Below, in pieces: positions 52,839-62,659 of a stretch of 64,000 bases of DNA. Position 1 is the stretch's first letter; each line of letters opens with the position of its first letter. This DNA is from a virus (taxonomy: Duplodnaviria; Caudoviricetes), in IMG/VR virus record IMGVR_UViG_3300036783_000204, positions 14,522 through 78,521 of that record; one strand, 5' to 3'. Made by a program: the position numbers and the translations under genes. The notes under the pieces were generated by a model. The model had not been told where the DNA came from, made no database searches, and was given only the letters and a program-made list of their open reading frames with translations.

Positions 52839-55800
52839 AGCATCCCGCTTTCGATCTCAAGCCTCTTGAATTGGGCGCGGAGGTTGATTTCGCTGTTGGC
52901 GGCGTTGTAGACGGTGAGGTGGAAGTGCTTCTCGTGCAGCCCAGCCTGGTCGGCCAGCTGCCTCGCCCGCTGGGGACGGTTCAGCGGGAGTACGACTTCT
53001 GGCCCGGCTTCGCCGAGGATGCCGATGGTGGGGGTGTTGATGATGTCCCCGTTGGCGTACCAGTTGAAGGCTCGCTCGTGGGCGGCGGCACCGATCGGGT
53101 CGGTGTAGCGCGCCCGGATGTACCGGCCGCCAGCGACGGCCTGCAACGAAATGTCCGACGTCTTCGGAATGCCGTAGCCAGCCCATGTGCTGTTCAGGAA
53201 CTGAAATGCGCCGAACGCCGTGGACGTCGGGTTCTGGGCCATGTTGTTGTACCCGGATTCCCGCATCATCAGGTAGTCGGTGGCATCCACCTCGCCGGGT
53301 GAGCCCCACCCGAACATTGAGCCGAAGACCTGGAGGACGACGGCGCGGTTCGCAGCCCGGTCTCCGCGGATGCCGGAGACGTTCACGCCACCGCCGGTGA
53401 ACGGCGGCGGTGCGACGTACGCGGGGAGCTGGGGCGGATGCGGCAGACCCATCACGGTAAACGCGTCCACGTTCGCGATGTAGGCAGCGCCCGCGCCCGC
53501 GCCGAAGGCGTTCCACTGAACCAGATCGACGGGCCCGCCGGTGGCGAACTTCGGGAACTTCTTTGTCCGTACGGCTTCCATGAAGCTCGTCCCGTAGTGG
53601 TCGACGCTGTCCACGGGGTGAATCCACTCGCCCGCCGACGCCCACAGCGGGACCATGTCGTCTCGTGGCCCACCGGCACCGAAGATGGGGCCACCGGCGG
53701 CGTATCCGGTTCCGCCGACGGTCTTGGCGACGTTGCGGGAGTCGTTGTAGTAGCCGCCAGCCGAGGTTCCCTTGAAGACTTGCTGAAGGGACGCGGTGTC
53801 GACGCTCGCCACCGCTGTCATGTCGAACTTGAAGTCCTGCGGGATCAGGTGCAGCTGCTTGGCGAGGTCGAACGCGGCTTGCTTCGAGATGCCGAACTTG
53901 TCTGCGGTCTGCTGGATGATCCGGTTGTACGCGTCCGCGGACGGGCCGTATTCGGCGAGGATCGCATCCGAGAGCGTCTTCAGCTGCGCGAAGTTCTTCC
54001 GGCCCGCCTCCGTCGAGAGATCCAGCGTCCGGGACGCGTCCTGTTGGGCCTTGGTGAGCGTTTCCTTTGCCCGCTGAAGGTTCTGGGCCGCCTTGGTCGA
54101 TGCGTCCTCGGCGTCCGTCACGCCCTGGTGCGCCTTTTTTTCAGCGTAGGCCGCGTCCGAAACCGCCTGGTGGGCCCGAACAAGCCCCTGCTTCGCCTGC
54201 TGCAAGGAGTACGTGGCGTCCGATACGGCTTGCTGAGCCTTGGTCACGCCCTTCGCCGAGCTGGTCACTTGCTCCTGCGCGGCCACCAGCTGCTCCTGTG
54301 CGGTCACGACACCCTTGGCGCCGTCGACGCCCGCCTTGTCGGCAGCGGCGACGTCACGCCGCACCTTCGTGCCCGAATTGAGGGTGTCGTTCAGCGCGTT
54401 CTGCGCTGACACGAAGTCAAGCGCGGCCTTGACCTCGTCGACGTTGGCGGCGGTGACGGTCTGCCCGGCGATGGACTTGGCGTTCTTGCCGGTGATGCCC
54501 CACGAGGCCGCCGACTGGGTCTGTTCGAACAGCCGAACCCGCGCGGACTCTTCGGAGACAACCTGGTCTTCAAGCTGTAGATGCAGATCCTTCAGGTCCT
54601 GCACGGCCTGCTGCCGGGCGGCGTGCAGGTCGGCTTCGGCCTTCTTCTCGTCCAGCAGGGACTTCGCGTACGCCTTCCGCGCCGTGTCGACGCCCTCAAC
54701 GGCGTCCTGCACTCCCCGCTGGGCGGCGGCGACGCTGTGCTGGGCCTGCGCCACGCCCTGCTCCGCCTGCGCGACGCCGCGTGCCGCAGCCGCTTCGGAG
54801 TGGTGCGCGTCGGTGATGGACGCCTGCGCAGCCGTATAGGCATGGGAGGCCGAATCGACACCCTCCTGAGCGGAGGCGACGGCCTTGTCCGCCTGCTCGA
54901 AGTGGTCTGTGATCGCGGCTGCCGCATTGCCGATGGCGATCTGCCCGTCGCGGAATTTCACCGCGAGCTGCTCCACGCTGAGACCGGCGTTCCCGGCGGC
55001 CGAGCCCAGGTCGTACAGTCCGCGCTGGACACTGCCCACGGTCATCCCGAACGACGCGGCGACGCCAGAAGCGGCGGCGGTTGCCTCGGTCGAGCCTGCC
55101 ATGACGAGCGCAGTGTTCTTCTGCGCTGCGGTGGCCTCGTTGGCAGCGCCGCTGGCGGCTCCCCACTGGGCGACCAGTCCATCCAGCCCCTTGCCGACCT
55201 CGTCAGCGGCCTTGGCGTTCTTCCACAGCTCGTCGGCGTTCTTGGCTGTGTTCGCCCCGCTCGCTGTGGCCGCGTCCGTCACGCCCTTCAGGCGCGCCTT
55301 GATCCCATCCAGGGCCGGGCCGCCCTGCATGATGGCGTCCGTCAGGTCCTTCTGCGAGACCCCGAACTGTGAGATCTTCCCGGCGACGGCCTTGTAAGCG
55401 TCCGAACCGGTCAGGAGATCCCTGGTGTGCTGGTCGACGGCCCCGTGGTTGGCGATCAGCGAGGCAGTGAGTTCGTCGGTCTTGGCCTTGAACTCCTGCG
55501 TCTTCTGGCTGGCCTCGCCAGTGTCCCCGGCGAGCTTGCTCAACAGGACGGACCCGATGACGAGGGCAATACCGAGCGGCCCGGCCATCGCCCTCGTCGC
55601 GGCCCCCATCCCGACCGCGGCTTCCCCAGCGGAGACCGCGACACCGGCGAGCGCCCCTGAAGTCGCGGACGCTTCGGCCGCAACGCTTCCCAGGGACACG
55701 ATCAGCTTGTCCCCGCCCGCGGCAGCGGTGATCATCTGCGTGCCGAGCCAGCTGATCCCCGCGCCGAGCTTCGTGACGCCGACCGTGGCCAGGTCGGCGA

Positions 55801-56740
55801 GCTTGAACGCGCCCCAGAGGGCGAGCGCGCCTGTGGCGACGAAACCGAACAGGGGCGCCCAGGGGCCGATGATGTCGGTGATCGTCTTGATGGCGTTCCC
55901 GGCAGCGGTCATGGCTGCCGTGAGCACAGGTAGGACGCCGCTGGCGAGTTTCGCGATGACGCCGGTTATCCCGGCGATCGAGCTGTTGATCTGCGCGGAG
56001 TTCTGCGCGTAGGCGACGGCGAGATCGTTGATCAGCTGGGTCGCCAGGCTGAACACCGACTGCGTGATGCTGCCCACCGATTGGAGCACAGTCGCGTATT
56101 CGGCGGAATGCTGTGCGAGGCTGGATACGGTGTCGGAGAAGACCGAGCCCAGCAGTCCCATGAAGTTCGCTGTCGCGCTCATGACCGGCTGAATGCTCTG
56201 CATCGCTGTGACGAGGCCGGGCATGGCGTTGGTGGCGAGTTCGGTGATGCCGCGCGTGATGGCGACGATCTGTGGCCCGGCGAAGGACATGGCCCGCGTC
56301 AGTTGCGGACCGATCTCCTGGAACATGTTGCCGATGGCGTTGCCCGCACCGACGAGCTGGGGCACCAGGTGGTCGGTAGCGGCTCGCGTCGTCCCTACGA
56401 CGTTCGTCCACATGCCCGCGAAGGACTGCTGGACGTCGATGTTCGACTTCTGCGCCAGTACGGCGGTACCGACGAAAGCGGTCCCTACGCCCGCGAGGAC
56501 GGCCGCGCCGATCACCGGTGATGCGACGATGATGGCCGCGGCGATGGCCTGCCAGCGCGACTGGATGAGGTCGAGACCCTTACCAGCTTTGTCGGTGTCG
56601 ACGTCGACGTCGAGCTTGGCCTTCTTGCCGTTGAGCCGGTCGACCTTCGTCTCCAGCATCTCCAGCCGCTCGGCGACGTGGTTCAGCGCCGTGTCGACCT
56701 TCTCCAGGGCGATGATCGCGAACGTGAGGTCGTTGCTCAT
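52835..56740 (-). CDS. Tape measure protein with C-terminal lytic-transglycosylase-like domain
   Basis: 1301 aa, Ala/Gly-rich helical; RESGYNNMAQNPTSTAFGAFQFLNSTW...YIRARY SLT-like motif. Confidence 0.95.
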   Translation of the reverse strand: MSNDLTFAIIALEKVDTALNHVAERLEMLETKVDRLNGKKAKLDVDVDTDKAGKGLDLIQSRWQAIAAAIIVASPVIGAAVLAGVGTAFVGTAVLAQKSNIDVQQSFAGMWTNVVGTTRAATDHLVPQLVGAGNAIGNMFQEIGPQLTRAMSFAGPQIVAITRGITELATNAMPGLVTAMQSIQPVMSATANFMGLLGSVFSDTVSSLAQHSAEYATVLQSVGSITQSVFSLATQLINDLAVAYAQNSAQINSSIAGITGVIAKLASGVLPVLTAAMTAAGNAIKTITDIIGPWAPLFGFVATGALALWGAFKLADLATVGVTKLGAGISWLGTQMITAAAGGDKLIVSLGSVAAEASATSGALAGVAVSAGEAAVGMGAATRAMAGPLGIALVIGSVLLSKLAGDTGEASQKTQEFKAKTDELTASLIANHGAVDQHTRDLLTGSDAYKAVAGKISQFGVSQKDLTDAIMQGGPALDGIKARLKGVTDAATASGANTAKNADELWKNAKAADEVGKGLDGLVAQWGAASGAANEATAAQKNTALVMAGSTEATAAASGVAASFGMTVGSVQRGLYDLGSAAGNAGLSVEQLAVKFRDGQIAIGNAAAAITDHFEQADKAVASAQEGVDSASHAYTAAQASITDAHHSEAAAARGVAQAEQGVAQAQHSVAAAQRGVQDAVEGVDTARKAYAKSLLDEKKAEADLHAARQQAVQDLKDLHLQLEDQVVSEESARVRLFEQTQSAASWGITGKNAKSIAGQTVTAANVDEVKAALDFVSAQNALNDTLNSGTKVRRDVAAADKAGVDGAKGVVTAQEQLVAAQEQVTSSAKGVTKAQQAVSDATYSLQQAKQGLVRAHQAVSDAAYAEKKAHQGVTDAEDASTKAAQNLQRAKETLTKAQQDASRTLDLSTEAGRKNFAQLKTLSDAILAEYGPSADAYNRIIQQTADKFGISKQAAFDLAKQLHLIPQDFKFDMTAVASVDTASLQQVFKGTSAGGYYNDSRNVAKTVGGTGYAAGGPIFGAGGPRDDMVPLWASAGEWIHPVDSVDHYGTSFMEAVRTKKFPKFATGGPVDLVQWNAFGAGAGAAYIANVDAFTVMGLPHPPQLPAYVAPPPFTGGGVNVSGIRGDRAANRAVVLQVFGSMFGWGSPGEVDATDYLMMRESGYNNMAQNPTSTAFGAFQFLNSTWAGYGIPKTSDISLQAVAGGRYIRARYTDPIGAAAHERAFNWYANGDIINTPTIGILGEAGPEVVLPLNRPQRARQLADQAGLHEKHFHLTVYNAANSEINLRAQFKRLEIESGML

Positions 56741-56743
56741 TGG

Positions 56744-56898
56744 TCACCCCTTGATGATCTGGTCGAAGGACTTCGCGTACAGGTCGAACTCGAAGAGGGT
56801 CAGCGCGAGAATGTCCTTGGGCCGCAAGGAGAAGTGATAGGACAGCGCCGTCAGGTACTCGTAGTACCGTCCGGGGGCGTTGTCCCAGCTGTTGTAGG
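56744..56898 (-). CDS. -1 frame extension of tail assembly chaperone
   Basis: Open -1 frame from GGA CCC TAC to TGA 56744 (YNSWDNAPGRYYEYLTALSYHFSLRPKDILALTLFEFDLYAKSFDQIIKG), no own start. Confidence 0.65.
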
Positions 56899-57201
56899 GT
56901 CCGGCGCCTCCGGGACGTTCTCCCCGTCCTCCGCGTCCTCTTCGGGTTCGTCCTCGAAGTGGACGGTGAAGGTGCGCAGGTCGAGCTTCAGAATGTCCTG
57001 CCAGCGCACGGCTTCACCGGCGCGGCGCTTGAGCAGGAATATCCACGCAGCGACCGCCGAGGGGTTGAGTTCGACGAGGAGTTCGCGGTTGAACTTCGCC
57101 ATGCCCAGACCCGACTTCTCGTGGATGAACATCGCGTCTTCCACGGAGATCTTGCCGTCGTAGTCGTAGGTTCGGCCTTCGATTTCGAATCGTGTGCCCA
57201 A
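56851..57201 (-). CDS. Tail assembly chaperone
   Basis: Position between tail genes and tape measure; acidic tail with DPT motif. Confidence 0.75.
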   Translation of the reverse strand: MGTRFEIEGRTYDYDGKISVEDAMFIHEKSGLGMAKFNRELLVELNPSAVAAWIFLLKRRAGEAVRWQDILKLDLRTFTVHFEDEPEEDAEDGENVPEAPDPTTAGTTPPDGTTST

Positions 57202-57207
57202 TGTGTG

Positions 57208-57777
57208 CTACCTCAGTTGTCGTACTCGGTTCAGGACGTCTTCGATCGCCTGTTCGCAGGCGCGTCGGAATTCGACTTCGTGCCTGCGGATCGTCACGTC
57301 GAAGTAGGGGTGGCCTTCTTGGTGCACCCACGTCGCACGGTCGCCGTAGACGGGGTGTCGCCACCCTTTCGGGTTGTTGAGGTGCTTCGGGAGCGTCTCC
57401 TGGCCCTCGGGCATCTGGGATGCCCGCACGATGATGTAGACGCCCCGGTTGACGACGCGCAGGCCGGTGGCCGAGGCGATCGCGCGCCGGAGGCTATGTC
57501 TCCCGGCCGCGGCGCGGGCCGCGCTCCTGACCGTGCGGGCCTTCAGGACGGCGGCGCGCCGTCGTTGCAGTGCGCCGCCACCTTGGGTGCCCTTCACGGG
57601 GACGTCCCGCACGGCCTGCCGGACGTCCTGTACGACGGGACGTCCGGCGTCGGTGATGCGCTTGCGCAACTCCTGTCGAAGCTGGCGCCCCTCGGGCCCG
57701 ATCTCCCGGAGACTGCGCGCCAGGTACCGGAATTGCATGGCGCCTAGCGTGCGGAGTTCGACCTCGACGGTGGCCAT
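57208..57777 (-). CDS. Basic tail-completion protein (HK97 gp10-like)
   Basis: Arg-rich; WRHPVYG...W..QEGHPYF motif. Confidence 0.7.
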   Translation of the reverse strand: MATVEVELRTLGAMQFRYLARSLREIGPEGRQLRQELRKRITDAGRPVVQDVRQAVRDVPVKGTQGGGALQRRRAAVLKARTVRSAARAAAGRHSLRRAIASATGLRVVNRGVYIIVRASQMPEGQETLPKHLNNPKGWRHPVYGDRATWVHQEGHPYFDVTIRRHEVEFRRACEQAIEDVLNRVRQLR

Positions 57778-58805
57778 CAGATCGTCGAACTCTCCGTGGA
57801 GATGATCTTGATCTGGATGACGGGGTTGGTCTCGTCGGAATACGCCTCGAAGTCGGTGGACATCTGGACGATGGCGGGACCGGTGACGGCCGGGGCGGCC
57901 ACCTTCAGCTTGATCGCCGGGATGATGAAACTCACCAGGTAGTTCGAGGAACCGATCGCCGCGCCGGTCAGGTCCAGCTCCAGGGCGGTGGTGGTGTTGT
58001 TCGCGAAGACGTCGTACAACTCGGCCTTGTTGAACTCCGCCGACAGCTTCCCTGTGACGGTCGGGATGCCGTTTTCCAATTGCTCGGCCTTGAGGCCTGC
58101 GTTGCCGAGGCCGAAGCGCTGGGCGTCCATCGGCGCGGAGCCAGAGATGCTGATGTCCTTGATGATCGTCGCCACTGCGGTACCACCGGCGATGCTGGTT
58201 TCGCCGGAGGTGGTGGTGGCGGTGCCGCCCAGCTTCAGCGTGGCCTGGCTGAAGTCGTAGGTGGTCGACCCGGCCAGGTAGCTGGCGGTGGCCAGGGCGG
58301 TGGCAGTGGCTTCGCTCCGACCGTCCACTGTGCACTTGATGTTCGGAGTGTCGTTGTCCTTCAACGTAAAATCCCACTTGCTGATCTTGCAGCCAGCGAA
58401 GGTGAAGGGCTTGACGTTGCCGGAGTTCGCTTCCGGGCGTCCCACCTGGACAGTCAGGCCCAGGCTTCGGAAGTCGCCCGGGACATGCACCTGCTTGTAG
58501 GCGGAGCCGGAGATCAGGGTCGTCGTGGTGACGGTGGAGGCGAGCATGTTCTTGACGAGCATGCCCATGCCGAGCGTGTTGAGGTCGAAGGTGAAGTCTC
58601 CGGCGATCGACGTCCGCGCCTGCCGGATTCGGCTGGCTCGCTTGTACTTGATGCCGGTGTGGAGCGCATTCGGCTCCAGCCAGGTGATGTCCTTCTTCAG
58701 GCCCTCAGAGTTGAATTCGATGGTGCGCGTCGGAGTGACCGCGGTACCCCAGGTGGTTTCCTGGCCGAACATGATCTGGGCGTCGAGACCCGCGCCGGTA
58801 GGCAT
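57777..58805 (-). CDS. Major tail tube protein
   Basis: FGQETTWGTAVTPTR, FTFAGCKI, VTGKLSAEF; position and size. Confidence 0.85.
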   Translation of the reverse strand: MPTGAGLDAQIMFGQETTWGTAVTPTRTIEFNSEGLKKDITWLEPNALHTGIKYKRASRIRQARTSIAGDFTFDLNTLGMGMLVKNMLASTVTTTTLISGSAYKQVHVPGDFRSLGLTVQVGRPEANSGNVKPFTFAGCKISKWDFTLKDNDTPNIKCTVDGRSEATATALATASYLAGSTTYDFSQATLKLGGTATTTSGETSIAGGTAVATIIKDISISGSAPMDAQRFGLGNAGLKAEQLENGIPTVTGKLSAEFNKAELYDVFANNTTTALELDLTGAAIGSSNYLVSFIIPAIKLKVAAPAVTGPAIVQMSTDFEAYSDETNPVIQIKIISTESSTI

Positions 58806-58808
58806 CGG

Positions 58809-59087
58809 TTAGTTCCCTTCCGCGGGCGGAGCCGCTTCAGCCGTAGGGGGCTCGGATGGAGCCGCGTCGGCCACGGGAGAGGCGTCGGCGGATTCCCACA
58901 GGGCCTTCGGCCAGGCGCGCGCTTCGTCGCCGGTGCCGATGACGAACGCGTCGTCCGGCGAATCGGCCACCACGTCGCCGGGTACGTCGATGACGTCGCC
59001 GGGCTCGACATACAGCGAGTCGTGGTGGCCCTGGGGAAAGAAGAGGGCGACGGGCGAACAATCCGACCGCAGACGGAACCTGGGCAT
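58809..59087 (-). CDS. Small virion-associated protein
   Basis: GGGAG RBS; located in structural operon. Confidence 0.6.
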   Translation of the reverse strand: MPRFRLRSDCSPVALFFPQGHHDSLYVEPGDVIDVPGDVVADSPDDAFVIGTGDEARAWPKALWESADASPVADAAPSEPPTAEAAPPAEGN

Positions 59088-59099
59088 GGAGGGGCTCCC

Positions 59100-59555
59100 T
59101 TACACGCGGGTTAGGTGATGGATGACGAAGGCAATCCGGCACTGGTAACCCGCCGGGCCGATTTCTTGGAAGTAGTCGCCGGGTTCGAGTTCGGCGACCG
59201 ATGGTGGCGACAACCCGAGGGAAGGGTCTGCGCGTAGCACCTGGCCGACGGTTTCCAGCATGGAGAAGGCGTGGTCTCGCGCGGCTTTCCAGCTGTTCGC
59301 GGTGTCACCGGTCAGCGTGACGACGGCGCAGGTGATGCCGTTGTCCTCGTTGCGGGCGCGGTTCCCCAGCCCTGCCCAGCTCTGCATGGATGTGGCGGCG
59401 CGCTGCTCGACGATGTCTGGCTGTGCGTCGTATCCGATGTAGACGGAGTCCGTGTAGTCGCCGGTGAGGATCGGCCCGTCCCAGACGTTCAGTCCGGCGG
59501 CCTGAAGTGCTGTCACGATCGCGTCGATACTGGCGGGAATTCGTGTCTGGACCAT
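59100..59555 (-). CDS. Tail terminator-like protein
   Basis: Size and position; LRADPSLG motif. Confidence 0.7.
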   Translation of the reverse strand: MVQTRIPASIDAIVTALQAAGLNVWDGPILTGDYTDSVYIGYDAQPDIVEQRAATSMQSWAGLGNRARNEDNGITCAVVTLTGDTANSWKAARDHAFSMLETVGQVLRADPSLGLSPPSVAELEPGDYFQEIGPAGYQCRIAFVIHHLTRV

Positions 59556-59557
59556 AT

Positions 59558-60418
59558 CTACGCGAAACCTGGGCTTCCGGTGCCGAGAAGTTCGAGGGCG
59601 CGGTTCGGGATGGCGAACCCCATTCCGGCGGGGCCGAGGGAGTCATCCATGCCGCCGGGCTTGGGCCAGCCTTTGTTTCCTCGCTGGGTTTGCCACAGGT
59701 GTTGCACGATGATCCGGGTGGCGAGGGTGAATTCGGCGGGGATCGACTGGTAGCCCGCGATGTAGGTCACGGCAACATGCCCGGAGATGGGGTTGCCGAA
59801 CATGACACTGACGATCCCGTTGGAATTGAGGTGCAGGTTCGACACGTCCCAGGACAGGGTTCCGTCGACACGCGCCACGCTGGTGAGGGAGAGGGCGGGG
59901 CGCTTGTCGAGGGACAGCTTCCGAGCTGGTACTCCCCAGGCGGCGGGTTGGCCGATGTTCTGGCCGTAGCCCCAGGCGTAGTCGGTGAGGTAGTGCTCTT
60001 CGACGAAGGTGCGTCGGATGATGGACTCGTTGCGGTGGCGTTCGACTGCCGCGGTGGCCGCGTCGACGAAGACCCTGAGTTCGTCGTCGAAGGCGTTGGT
60101 GCTGATGTTCAGCTGCTGCTTGGCATCGGCGAGGGAGATCAGCGCGGGCGGTGTGGCGGAGAGAACTTCGAATGCTTCGGCGTAGGCGCCGGGGTTTGCT
60201 CCGGTGCCTACCCAGTGCGCGATGTGCCGTCCGGATTGGACGGTGGTGTAGTCGTACTGGTAGACCCCGGTTGAGCCGGGCGCCACGGGTGAGATCAGGG
60301 TGCTGGTGCCGTCAGGCAGATTGATGGTCAGCGCCATGGAGCCTGCGTTGACGAGTGCGCCATCGGGTGACTTGAGGGTGAAGGCGAGGCGGTAGACGGA
60401 GCCGACGTCGATGGCCAT
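59558..60418 (-). CDS. Head-tail connector with N-terminal Ig-like extension
   Basis: ALISLADAKQQLNI...DDELRVFVDAAT...VTYIAGY...IVQHLWQTQRG; N-terminal beta domain. Confidence 0.75.
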   Translation of the reverse strand: MAIDVGSVYRLAFTLKSPDGALVNAGSMALTINLPDGTSTLISPVAPGSTGVYQYDYTTVQSGRHIAHWVGTGANPGAYAEAFEVLSATPPALISLADAKQQLNISTNAFDDELRVFVDAATAAVERHRNESIIRRTFVEEHYLTDYAWGYGQNIGQPAAWGVPARKLSLDKRPALSLTSVARVDGTLSWDVSNLHLNSNGIVSVMFGNPISGHVAVTYIAGYQSIPAEFTLATRIIVQHLWQTQRGNKGWPKPGGMDDSLGPAGMGFAIPNRALELLGTGSPGFA

Positions 60419-60772
60419 TTACAGGTCCACCACCGTGAGGGTCCCGAAGCACGCCGTCTTCCGCAGTGCTCCACTGAGGACATCCAGACGCCACCAGGTC
60501 TGCGACAGGGTCACCGAGGCGGCAGGGATGGCGATGGCCACCTTGCCGCCCGCGGCGTCGGTGATGGTGATGTCCCCACCGGTACTGGTGCCCTTCCACA
60601 CCCCGGCCGCTCCGTCTGCGGTGGCGGCGTTGGGCTTGAGGTACGCCTCCAGTGTTTTGCCGGTCAGGTCGAGCGCTGTACCGGCGGTCGGCTGGTTGGT
60701 GGTGATCGTGACCCGGACCACCTCATCGTTGTTCTCATTGAGGGTCAGGGGGTTACTGGTTGCCACGGTCAC
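60419..60772 (-). CDS. BppU/Ig-like beta-domain virion protein
   Basis: LDLTG...AYLKP...ITITDAAGGKVAIAIPA pattern. Confidence 0.65.
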   Translation of the reverse strand: MTVATSNPLTLNENNDEVVRVTITTNQPTAGTALDLTGKTLEAYLKPNAATADGAAGVWKGTSTGGDITITDAAGGKVAIAIPAASVTLSQTWWRLDVLSGALRKTACFGTLTVVDL

Positions 60773-62028
60773 CTCCCACAGTTGGTGGCCACGCCGGAAT
60801 AGGTGTCCGGGGTGACGGCGGTCGAGTACGCGTCGAGAGCGGTAGTGGCGCTGTAGGCGTCAGCGCTGGCGGTGGCCGAGTACGCGTCGGCGGTGACGAC
60901 GCAGCTGAAGTCCTGGCAGGCGAATCCGGGCGCGGGCGCGGCCAGGCCCACCAGCGGGACAGTGAGGAATGTCCTTCGGCGGGCCTGGACCGCTCGTCCC
61001 CGCGGACGTGTTTGGGTGGCCACCGGCGGGCCGGTCACCGGCGCGGAAGGGGGCGCCGGGACCGGTGTCGCGAGGTTCCCTCCGCGTACCGGCAGCACAA
61101 GGCGGCGCAGGGGCCGCAGAATCGCCGGGAGCGCAGGCGGAACCAGTGGGGGTACCGCCGGGGCCAGGACGATCAGGAACGACCCGTGCCGGACAGGCAG
61201 GGGACGCCTCTGGCCCTGGCAGTGGATCAGGCTCAGCGGGAGCGCCGGGACGACCACTGGCTTGGGCGGCACGGGCAGGAAGAAGCCGCGACGCGTAGCC
61301 GGTCGGCGAACTCCGGATTGTTCGATCCGGAGTCCGACGACCGGGGACGACTGGGGCGCCGGGAGGAACCGCCCGCGTCGAACCGAAGCACCGCGCAGCC
61401 GATGCGGCTGCACCAGTCCCGGCGTCCACGGCTGGACAATCGGGGCAGGTGCCGAGGGCGTCGGGAAGAAGGCACCGGACCGGGCCACGGCCCAGCGCGG
61501 CCGGTTTCCGGCCTGCCCGATCCAGAGCTGAACGACCGGCGGCGGAGGAGCCGCAGGGGGTGCGGCGACCATGGGGAAGAACCGGCCGCGGCGGATGCTC
61601 GTCCACCGTGGCCGGTTTCCGGATGGTTCGACGATCCCCGGGGTCCAGGGCTGGGCGACCGGCGACGGGAAGAACCGCCCGTCGCGGGCCCGGACGCAGC
61701 GCCTGCCAGCCTGCTGGGTGAGCCCGGGTGTCCACGGCTGCACTGCCGGGGGTGGCGCAGGGGGCGTGGACAGGAAGCACCCGCGCCGGATCGAGGCACG
61801 ACGCGGGCGCATCCCGGCTTGTTCGGTGATTCCCGGCGTCCACGGTGTGACCACCGGGGGTGCCGCGGTGGGCGGCACCGAGAAGAACCGGCCACGCGAT
61901 GGGCGTGGCACGGAACGCGGACGGGTGCCCGCCGCGTCGACGATGGAGGCGGACCGTGCTGGCGCCCCGACGGGGACGGTGAGGAACTGTCCTCGTCGGG
62001 CAAGGTGATTGCGCCACCGACGGTTCAC
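60769..62028 (-). CDS. Pro/Arg-rich repeat protein in structural operon
   Basis: About 11 RRGxF(F/L) repeats, several with (Q/T)PWTPG; C-terminal DAYSA-type repeats; GTGA overlap with next gene. Confidence 0.65.
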   Translation of the reverse strand: MNRRWRNHLARRGQFLTVPVGAPARSASIVDAAGTRPRSVPRPSRGRFFSVPPTAAPPVVTPWTPGITEQAGMRPRRASIRRGCFLSTPPAPPPAVQPWTPGLTQQAGRRCVRARDGRFFPSPVAQPWTPGIVEPSGNRPRWTSIRRGRFFPMVAAPPAAPPPPVVQLWIGQAGNRPRWAVARSGAFFPTPSAPAPIVQPWTPGLVQPHRLRGASVRRGRFLPAPQSSPVVGLRIEQSGVRRPATRRGFFLPVPPKPVVVPALPLSLIHCQGQRRPLPVRHGSFLIVLAPAVPPLVPPALPAILRPLRRLVLPVRGGNLATPVPAPPSAPVTGPPVATQTRPRGRAVQARRRTFLTVPLVGLAAPAPGFACQDFSCVVTADAYSATASADAYSATTALDAYSTAVTPDTYSGVATNCGR

Positions 62029-62179
62029 AGCTCACTCCCCGTCAGTGGGTTACAGCCCGGTCAGCAGCTGAGTCAGGCAATGCAGGAGCTGAGTAAGCAC
62101 TCGAACCACCCCCTTCGGCACATCAGAGAAGAGACCAGGCATCCACGCCCTTAAGTCCGGATGGATTCGAACATCCCTT

Positions 62180-62647
62180 CTATTCCTCCCACTCCACACT
62201 CAGCGTGTAGGCGTGGGAGGCGGGCAGCGCGTTGTCGCGATTGACGAATACGAACGGGTTCGCAGTGCCGACGTCGGACGCGAATTCTTCGAGCAATTCC
62301 CAGGGCAAATCGGCGCCGCTCTGGGAGTTGAACGAAATGCGGTACTGGTCGGCACTCGCGAGGGTGGGGGCGGTGGACCACACAGTGTCGAGGCCGGTGA
62401 TTCCGGACGCGGCGGTCTTCACATCGAGCTTCTGTCCGGCGACGGTGGTGGTGGCGGTTCCTCGGGCGGTGCCGCGGTTAATGGCCACGGTCAGCTGCTG
62501 AGAGGTGGGGGTGGTGGCACCGGCCACGACTCCCACGGTGACACGCCGGAGCCGGAATCCGACCGCGGCGGCGGGGGTGAGCGCAGCGAAGGCGGTGTCC
62601 ACGGCGAGCGCCGTCGCGGACTTCACGAACGCGGAATAGCGCGCCAT
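62180..62647 (-). CDS. Putative virion structural protein
   Basis: Ala/Thr-rich beta composition; AAAGG RBS. Confidence 0.7.
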   Translation of the reverse strand: MARYSAFVKSATALAVDTAFAALTPAAAVGFRLRRVTVGVVAGATTPTSQQLTVAINRGTARGTATTTVAGQKLDVKTAASGITGLDTVWSTAPTLASADQYRISFNSQSGADLPWELLEEFASDVGTANPFVFVNRDNALPASHAYTLSVEWEE

Positions 62648-62659
62648 GGGTTATACCTT

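Noticed and set aside
60760-62154. Long + strand ORF (464 aa) and other long antisense ORFs throughout the track
   Set aside because: Shadow ORFs typical of high-GC DNA; they oppose well-supported operon-coupled genes and lack RBS or recognisable motifs
62159-62176. T-loop-like GGATG-TTCGAAT-CCATCC on the - strand
   Set aside because: Stem is imperfect and no matching D-arm or acceptor helix is found nearby; probably chance
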